The position numbers and the translations under genes are program-made. From positions 1 through 12,074 of the forward strand of contig WAKA01000067.1 in assembly GCA_015523565.1 (NCBI GenBank): a DNA stretch of 12,074 bases, written 5' to 3'. The DNA comes from Candidatus Heimdallarchaeota archaeon. Lineage in GTDB: Archaea > Asgardarchaeota > Heimdallarchaeia > Heimdallarchaeales > Kariarchaeaceae. Every line of letters begins with the position of its first letter. The first letter of the stretch is position 1. The notes beneath the pieces are model-generated. The model searched no databases, was not told the DNA's origin, and saw nothing but the letters and a program-made list of their open reading frames with translations. Shown here one piece after another: positions 1-6,234 of this stretch.

Positions 1-498
1 AGCCACTGCTTTCTCATATTTATTTTCACTCCATTTCTTGACTGATGCAAGGGTTGCAGTAATTGCCCATAAATCAAATCTTACCAGCAAAAGGAGGGGG
101 ATTGGGAGGAAATAAACCCACAAATAAATAACTTCTTTCAAATTTTCATTTTGGTTTAGCTCTAAAAGCAGTTTGAGGGCAATCATGTCTGGGATTAACT
201 GAAATAACGCAAACCATGTGCCATAAGGCAATATTCCAATTATCTTAAAAAAAATATATGGGACATAGATTATCAATAGAAAAAGGGGGGGGAACTCCAA
301 TTGAAAGTCCACATAGGGGACATACCCTTCCCAAATCCATTGGGCATATTTTATCCAAACAAAATAAATGTCTCCATAATCAAGCAGACCGTCAAAATGC
401 TCATTGGCATATTTCCCTGTTTTCAGCAACAATGTTGAAACCAAAATGATTGAAATCCGAATGGCAATCATATGCCAAAATAATTTTTTTTTGCTCAT
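1..498 (-). CDS. GT-C fold membrane glycosyltransferase (GT87/DUF2029-like), 3' end runs off the window
   Basis: Manual translation from ATG at 498 is open to position 1 (166 codons): MSKKKLFWHMIAIRISIILVSTLLL...DYGDIY...GYVPYVDFQLEFPPLFLLII...LLLLVRFDLW. PYxDFxxE(Y/F)PP and RFD motifs plus several hydrophobic helices are typical of GT87-like enzymes. Absent from the ORF track because no stop codon lies inside the window. Confidence 0.8.
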   Translation of the reverse strand, partial: MSKKKLFWHMIAIRISIILVSTLLLKTGKYANEHFDGLLDYGDIYFVWIKYAQWIWEGYVPYVDFQLEFPPLFLLIIYVPYIFFKIIGILPYGTWFALFQLIPDMIALKLLLELNQNENLKEVIYLWVYFLPIPLLLLVRFDLWAITATLASVKKWSENKYEKAVA

Positions 499-545
499 TC
501 GACAATTCTCAAATTGTTTTTGTCTATTTAATTAGTAAGATATTT

Positions 546-1304
546 TCAGGACGCTCTTCTACTGCTTGAGTGATTCCTGATAATTTTTCTTTTTTGATCT
601 AGCATTGGGATTCTATTCGTCTTATCAATTTGTAGACAATATTCGATATCCTCACCTATTGTATTGGTCTTTTCAATATAGTAGTTCTCATCATGGAATA
701 CTGCCGCATGGATTTTTTCTTCTTTAGTGAAAAAGGGTGATTGCTTTCCATTTGCGTTAATAATTTTTGATGCAATCAATTCTGCTGTTACATCGTCTTC
801 TGGAGTTCTTAAATATTTATTTCCTCTTTTTGTTCCAAGAGGGATAATGCTTATCTTGTAACCATTCTTCATATACTCTGTTGCTAATGCTGAAACTGCT
901 GATATGTTTCTAGGGCTTGCCACCCATATCTCTTTAGAGCCAATGGAATTAAGAAGCCCTTGTGTTCCGTTTGTAGTTCTAATTACAACTTTTTTCCCAG
1001 CAATTTCATGCCCTATTTTTTCCACTAGGACTGGTGAATTTGTGTAATGAAATTGCTTTGGTTTTTCTCCCGATACTTCCCCAATAAGGATGTCCGCATT
1101 TGTTGCAAGTGCCTCTTCTATAGTTGAAACTGGAATGATTTCTTCAACAAAATTCAATAATGCTAATATTGTATTTGACGCTCTGAAAGTATCTATGATT
1201 ATATTTATCCCTTTTCTTTTTGCGGCTATCTTTGCCCCTGTTGGGAACGGATCTATGTAGAGATCTTGCTCAATTTCCATAACCCTTGTCATGATGACGT
1301 TCAT
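546..1304 (-). CDS. comB: 2-phosphosulfolactate phosphatase family protein (ComB-like)
   Basis: Family motifs IIDTFRASNTI, GEVSG, TNSP, TTNGT and EDD in the expected order; 252 aa. Confidence 0.85.
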   Translation of the reverse strand: MNVIMTRVMEIEQDLYIDPFPTGAKIAAKRKGINIIIDTFRASNTILALLNFVEEIIPVSTIEEALATNADILIGEVSGEKPKQFHYTNSPVLVEKIGHEIAGKKVVIRTTNGTQGLLNSIGSKEIWVASPRNISAVSALATEYMKNGYKISIIPLGTKRGNKYLRTPEDDVTAELIASKIINANGKQSPFFTKEEKIHAAVFHDENYYIEKTNTIGEDIEYCLQIDKTNRIPMLDQKRKIIRNHSSSRRAS

Positions 1305-1385
1305 AAAAACTTCTAATTATTTTATCGTCTACAATTGTGTTTTTTTCTCTTTTTTTCCATGTCTTGTTCTATCAAAGCAAAATAA

Positions 1386-2186
1386 ATGTATAAAGCAATT
1401 TACAAGTTACAAATCATGGATCCACTTCCAGTTGTAATACTTGCTGGGCGACCTCCCGAACGCGATACCCTGATGGAATACGTCAATGTTGACAACAAGG
1501 TATTGATTGAGCATAATGGGAAAAAACTCATAGAGACATGTATTAACGCCGTAAGACCATACTCATCACAAATAGTTGTTGTCGGACTTTCACAAGATAT
1601 TCTTAAAGATCCGTCAATTGAGGTTATAGAGATGGAAGGTGAGCAATATGATAAAATATTTGCCGCGATAAAACATCTTCATTCACACCAAGAATGGTTT
1701 ACAAATCAAAGACATGCTCTCTTTCTTTCAGGTGACCTCCCCCTTCTTACTCCTCAAATTGTTTCAAGGTTTTTGGAGTCCACATTCCCCCGAACATTTG
1801 ATTTTTATTATTCAATTGTACCTAAATCTGTTTTTCAATTAAAGGCTCCCTCCCTTCAATGGGGATATATGAAAATAAGGGATGGCGAATTTGCATCTGG
1901 TAATCTCATTTTGATTGATCCATCCAAGGTGATTGACAAATATGACATGATCAAATTTCTGTCAACAAACCGTAAAAGCTTTCTTTGGGGTGTATTCAAG
2001 GCATCTCCCATTATTTTCCTGAAATTGGTATTTGGAAGGGTTCGGTTGGGTGATGCAGAAAACTTAATGACAAAGATTTTTGGGATCTCCTCAAAATTGG
2101 TTGTATCCAGTGATTATGAAATTGCTTTCGATTTAGATCTCCCTGAGCATTATGATTGGCTAAAAAATAATTTTTCTGTTTCCTGA
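1386..2186 (+). CDS. MobA-like NTP transferase (NTP_transf_3) family protein
   Basis: VVILAG...NKVLIE N-terminal nucleotide-binding motif, LSGDLPLL, and C-terminal EIAFDLD. The true start may be ATG 1416 (MDPLPVVILAG), which has TATAAA at 1389-1394 upstream. Confidence 0.8.
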   Translation: MYKAIYKLQIMDPLPVVILAGRPPERDTLMEYVNVDNKVLIEHNGKKLIETCINAVRPYSSQIVVVGLSQDILKDPSIEVIEMEGEQYDKIFAAIKHLHSHQEWFTNQRHALFLSGDLPLLTPQIVSRFLESTFPRTFDFYYSIVPKSVFQLKAPSLQWGYMKIRDGEFASGNLILIDPSKVIDKYDMIKFLSTNRKSFLWGVFKASPIIFLKLVFGRVRLGDAENLMTKIFGISSKLVVSSDYEIAFDLDLPEHYDWLKNNFSVS

Positions 2187-2211
2187 AATTCTCTTGCTCA
2201 AATCAAGAAAA

Positions 2212-2460
2212 CTAAAGAAGTTGAATTAAACCATTCTTTTCCCTATTGTTGAATGTAGAAAACGGACATTTCCTATTGCATGATCTAGTGCAATTGACGT
2301 TGCAATCTTTTGTTTCCTGAAACTTGATGATCTCTTGTTCACGAAGCACTTCAAGTATCTCCTTCAATTGGTTTTTACTTATCTCTAACTTTCTAGAAAG
2401 ATGGTTAATTGATATGACCTTGTTTTTTTGAATTTCATGGTAAATTAACGAGAGTCTCAT
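2212..2460 (-). CDS. feoC: FeoC-like winged-helix protein with C-terminal Cys cluster
   Basis: HTH-like ISINHLSRKLEISKNQLKEILEVLREQEII followed by CNVNCTRSCNRKCP; ATGA overlap with the feoB stop (2457-2460). Confidence 0.7.
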   Translation of the reverse strand: MRLSLIYHEIQKNKVISINHLSRKLEISKNQLKEILEVLREQEIIKFQETKDCNVNCTRSCNRKCPFSTFNNREKNGLIQLL

Positions 2461-4301
2461 AATAATATCCCCGCGTAAAAAATGAAAATTGAGACAAGAT
2501 AGGCTATTAGCAAACTATAAAGTACTGAAGCCAATGCCACCTTCTTTCCGAATTCCCGTTTCATTGCAAAAACAGTTCCAAGACATGGAACATACAAGAG
2601 GACAAATACCAACAAGGAAAGTAAGGATATCGGTGAATAAAACATTTGAATTCCGTTAATTAAGTTAGATGAGCCATACATCATTCCCAATATGCCAACC
2701 ACCAATTCTTTTGCGACGAATCCAAAAATAAGTGCGACCACAATCCGTTCATCCCATCCCATTGGCTTGAACATTGGTTCAAATAGTGTCCCCACCATAA
2801 ACGTAAATGATTTCTCAAAATATTCTTGGTTCTCAAACGCTTGTCTTCCAATATAACCTGTGGGTCCAAATACTGTCATCATCCATACAAGGATGATACC
2901 AATCCCCATCCCTTTTCCAACGCCTGTAATAAAATCAAGCAACTGGTTGTACACTGTTTTCAATATGTTCCAAATTGGTGGCTTTTGTAAATCTGGGAGT
3001 TCCATGATTGTTGCTGTATTTTGTTCCCTATAGACGAAAGTTCTCAACAACCATATTGTAACTATTGCCACAATTATTCCCAAGAAATACGCCATTGTCA
3101 CTATCAATTCTGCATATTTTTCTGAGATGACACTTGCAAGGATTATAAGGACGGGAAATCTGGCACTGCATGACATGAAAGGTATGGTCAGAGCCACAAC
3201 TTTCCTTTCAGTTGGATCATCAACTGTTCTAGTACTAAGTATTGCGGGAACATTGCACCCAAATCCTAAGAGCATAGGGGCTATTGATTTGCCTGTAATG
3301 CCAACCTTTGCCAAAAATTTCTCCATAATGAATACTACTCGTGTCAAATACCCTGACTGTTCCATTATCCCTATAAGCAAAAACAAAATGGCAAGTTGGG
3401 GAATAAAAACAAGAACAAATCCAATGCCTGCAATAATTCCGTCCGCCAAAAATGAGACAAGTATTCCCTCTGGCATTTTATTGAGAACCAATTCCTGCAG
3501 TTGAGCAATCCCTTCTCCTAATAATCCTGAAACAAATCCACCTACTGTGAACGTCAACTTAAATGAGAAGAACATGACGAAGACAAATAAAATAAGCCCT
3601 GTCAACGGATGTAACATGAAACGATCCAATTTCTCATATTTTGACTGATCTAAGTCTATTTTTTCATCGTCATATGGAAGGATTGACTCTATCGTTTCAT
3701 ATGTCTTGTCAATAAATCTAATTCTTTCGTCTTCACTGATATCTTCTAGATCCAATTTTGGAATTTCTTGATTTGAATTGCTGGGTGGCGTGAAACCTTC
3801 AATAGTTCCAATTAACTTGTCAATTCCTTGACCTGTAAACGCAGAAATTCGCACTACTGGAATCCCTAGTTTTCTAGAAATTGGTTCAAGATTTGTCTGT
3901 TGTTTTTTCTTATCTGAAAAATTCAATACCAAAATGATGTTCTTTGTTATCTGAAGAAGTTGAAGTGTAAGAAAAAGGCTTCGTCTCAATCGGGTGATAT
4001 CTACTACATTCAAATAAAGACATTCTGGATTTTCTCTGACAAAATCACGAGTCACTTTTGCATCCAATGTCTCTGAAAATAAACTATATATTCCAGGTAA
4101 GTCCATTATTTCTTTTTCTAGTCTTGCAATCTTCCCTTTTTTTGCCTGTACAGTAACTCCTGGAAAATTTGCAACTTTTTGGTTTAACCCAGTCAATCTG
4201 TTGAAAAGCAGACTTTTGCCGCTATTCGGATTCCCGATTAATGCAATCATGTTCTTGGATAATGTTAAACCTTCGTGTTCCAGTGTACAGCAGTTTTTCA
4301 T
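2457..4301 (-). CDS. feoB: Ferrous iron transporter B
   Basis: G1 GNPNSGKS, G2 NFPGVTV, G3 DLPGIYS, G4 NFSD, G5 ISA; membrane gate motifs GFGCNVPA, PFMSCSAR, MELP and LYVPC. Confidence 0.97.
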   Translation of the reverse strand: MKNCCTLEHEGLTLSKNMIALIGNPNSGKSLLFNRLTGLNQKVANFPGVTVQAKKGKIARLEKEIMDLPGIYSLFSETLDAKVTRDFVRENPECLYLNVVDITRLRRSLFLTLQLLQITKNIILVLNFSDKKKQQTNLEPISRKLGIPVVRISAFTGQGIDKLIGTIEGFTPPSNSNQEIPKLDLEDISEDERIRFIDKTYETIESILPYDDEKIDLDQSKYEKLDRFMLHPLTGLILFVFVMFFSFKLTFTVGGFVSGLLGEGIAQLQELVLNKMPEGILVSFLADGIIAGIGFVLVFIPQLAILFLLIGIMEQSGYLTRVVFIMEKFLAKVGITGKSIAPMLLGFGCNVPAILSTRTVDDPTERKVVALTIPFMSCSARFPVLIILASVISEKYAELIVTMAYFLGIIVAIVTIWLLRTFVYREQNTATIMELPDLQKPPIWNILKTVYNQLLDFITGVGKGMGIGIILVWMMTVFGPTGYIGRQAFENQEYFEKSFTFMVGTLFEPMFKPMGWDERIVVALIFGFVAKELVVGILGMMYGSSNLINGIQMFYSPISLLSLLVFVLLYVPCLGTVFAMKREFGKKVALASVLYSLLIAYLVSIFIFYAGILL

Positions 4302-4534
4302 TGTGTTGCCTCAACTACCTTTATTTTTTTGGCAATGCTTGCAGAGAGGATAAATGATCCATCTTTTCCTTTTGCACATACTGGACCGTTTCTTATTGCT
4401 TGTATCACAAAAATTTTTCTTCCCTTATCAAATCCAATCTCTTTGAGCTTGACCAATTCATGTAATGGCACATCCATATTCTCAATTATATAAGGGATTC
4501 CCTTTTTTGCTTCTGATAGGCTAGAGTTTTGCAT
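4298..4534 (-). CDS. feoA: Ferrous iron transport protein A
   Basis: KLKEIGFDKG...GPV...FILSASIAKKIKV SH3-like FeoA pattern; ATGA overlap with the feoB start. ATG 4534 is preferred over TTG 4549. Confidence 0.9.
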   Translation of the reverse strand: MQNSSLSEAKKGIPYIIENMDVPLHELVKLKEIGFDKGRKIFVIQAIRNGPVCAKGKDGSFILSASIAKKIKVVEATQ

Positions 4535-4550
4535 TGACCTTTCAAGCAAA

Positions 4551-4568
4551 ATTTCGTATTCCCGAAAT
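4551..4568. promoter_or_regulatory. Palindromic operator-like site 1 upstream of feoABC (ATTTCG-N6-CGAAAT)
   Basis: Perfect 6-bp inverted repeat with a 6-bp spacer, lying between an AT-rich TATA-like stretch (4568-4585) and the feoA start. Confidence 0.65.
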
Positions 4569-4618
4569 ATAAATATTATATTAAATTCTTCAACAAATCC
4601 AAAGTTAATCCATAAATT

Positions 4619-4636
4619 TATTCGTCTGTCCGAAAT
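4619..4636. promoter_or_regulatory. Palindromic operator-like site 2 upstream of feoABC (TATTCG-N6-CGAAAT)
   Basis: Second TTCG-N6-CGAA copy 68 bp from site 1; the two share TTCGTnTnnCCGAAAT. Confidence 0.55.
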
Positions 4637-4684
4637 TTTTGTATTTGCGTTATTCTATTGTTATCTATTTTATTTATCGTTGAC

Positions 4685-5437
4685 TTATAATCCGAAAACC
4701 ATTGGGAAAAATGTTCCCAAAAGGATAATTGCCATTACACCTCCCATAAATACCCCATCAAAAGTTCCTGCTCCACCAATTGAAACCATGGGGCTTCCTA
4801 AGCTATGTATCTTTTTTAGGTTCATAAGATCTGCCCCGATCAATGATCCCATTGATGCAGTAATATAGATAACCTCCACTAGGTGTCCAACACCTCCTGT
4901 AATTGACAAGGAGATCAGGGAAACAAAAACCGAAATTGTGGGTGCATAAAGTGCTGGAAGTGTCACCCCCATTCCTGGCACTAATTTTGCACCTTTGTTT
5001 ATTAAAACACTCGTGACTGCTAATGGAATGAGAAGGTGGGGAAATGCCATTGGGTCCTTAATAAGCAAAAGGGTTGAAACCAAAATAGGAATTATTGCAC
5101 CACCGAAATTAATGGCTACAAGTGTTTTCGAATTGATGAATTTTGGCACAATAAAACTATATCCAAAGAATGAGACTGGAATTTTCACATCTATTTTGTA
5201 GGTTGATTCGACCGAATAAAGAGGGATATTGACTCCACTTCCTATATAGGACAAAAGAAGGAGAAAGAAAACTGCCTCTGGCGGAAACCCCAATGCAATG
5301 AATGCATCTCTTGCGGCAATAAGATACAGTGTCATGATTAAAAATGTAAAAAATGTTGCCTGTTGATGATATTTATATCTTAAGGGATGTTTCGTCATAA
5401 GGTGTGATGAAATGCCTTGTAAAAGAATGTTCTTCAT
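4685..5437 (-). CDS. DUF1614 family integral membrane protein
   Basis: GSGVNIP, AINFGGAIIP, GSLIGADL and SIGGAGTFDGVF are characteristic DUF1614 motifs; multiple TM helices. The start may be the later ATG at 5398. Confidence 0.88.
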   Translation of the reverse strand: MKNILLQGISSHLMTKHPLRYKYHQQATFFTFLIMTLYLIAARDAFIALGFPPEAVFFLLLLSYIGSGVNIPLYSVESTYKIDVKIPVSFFGYSFIVPKFINSKTLVAINFGGAIIPILVSTLLLIKDPMAFPHLLIPLAVTSVLINKGAKLVPGMGVTLPALYAPTISVFVSLISLSITGGVGHLVEVIYITASMGSLIGADLMNLKKIHSLGSPMVSIGGAGTFDGVFMGGVMAIILLGTFFPMVFGL

Positions 5438-5553
5438 TCCATTAAGATATTATGGAAAAAATGCAAAATAATTTTGTAGAATTTGCCCTTCTACAAGGAA
5501 AAATAACATATTTGATAATGTAAAAAAAATACTTAGGTTCAGAGGTTTTCAAT

Positions 5554-6234
5554 ATGCAATCCCCCATTGATATTCAACCTTCAACCCTTTCAGAATTTTC
5601 TGATTCATATGATTTGCGTTTCAAGTATCATCTTGCTCCATTAAACCTTGAGAATGATGGCTATACAATTATTAATCACTGTCCCCAAACTGGTTCAGTA
5701 ATTTTTGGTGATGAAGAGTATTTTCTTGAACAATTTCATTTTCATAGTCCGAGTGAGCACAAGATCAATGGCTTCCAATTTCCTTTTGAGATGCATTTTG
5801 TTCATAAGTCTACAGACGGTTATTTTTTGGTTATTGCCGCATTGTTCGGGATAAAATATCCATCCATGCTTTTAACCCAATTTTGGGATAATCTTCCTCC
5901 AATCTCCAAAAGCTTCAAATCAGAAAGAAAATTGGTTTTGACAACCTCTCTCACAAGAGTGGAGGGGTATTTCCATTATATGGGCTCCTTGACGACCCCT
6001 CCTTATACTGAAGGTGTCAATTGGATAATTTTGGATACAATTTTCACACTTTCTGATAATCAACTCCAAAATTATAGAAACATATTCGGGAAACCGACAA
6101 ATAGAGAGATTCAGCCTGCAAAACCAAAAAGTGTTGTTCATTTTGGTGATCGCGGTGATCTTTCTCGCCTATTAAATATCGGTGATATTATAGAAAAGAA
6201 ACCATTGGATACTCTTTATTCCATTCTATACTAA
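5554..6234 (+). CDS. Alpha-class carbonic anhydrase, no signal peptide
   Basis: QSPIDI, QFHFH, SEH, EMHFVH, YMGSLTTPPYTEGVNW and NREIQP; three Zn-binding His (H62, H64, H81) are intact; GAGGT at 5542-5546 precedes the start. Confidence 0.93.
   Translation: MQSPIDIQPSTLSEFSDSYDLRFKYHLAPLNLENDGYTIINHCPQTGSVIFGDEEYFLEQFHFHSPSEHKINGFQFPFEMHFVHKSTDGYFLVIAALFGIKYPSMLLTQFWDNLPPISKSFKSERKLVLTTSLTRVEGYFHYMGSLTTPPYTEGVNWIILDTIFTLSDNQLQNYRNIFGKPTNREIQPAKPKSVVHFGDRGDLSRLLNIGDIIEKKPLDTLYSILY

Noticed and set aside
258-449. 63-aa plus-strand ORF
   Set aside because: Antisense to the well-supported GT-C gene (1..498, minus); no motifs.
2192-2208. TCTTG-N7-CAAGA hairpin between the convergent NTP transferase and feoC
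   Set aside because: A 5-bp AT-rich stem is too weak to call a terminator.
2681-5201. Short ORFs 2681..2869, 3127..3504, 4275..4493, 4680..4868 and 4995..5201
   Set aside because: Antisense or alternate-frame shadows of feoB, feoA and the DUF1614 gene; no recognisable motifs.
6231-6234. 4-nt overlap of convergent stop codons (CA and giant protein) as evidence of a functional link
   Set aside because: Tail-to-tail overlaps are common in compact genomes, and the genes are separate transcription units.
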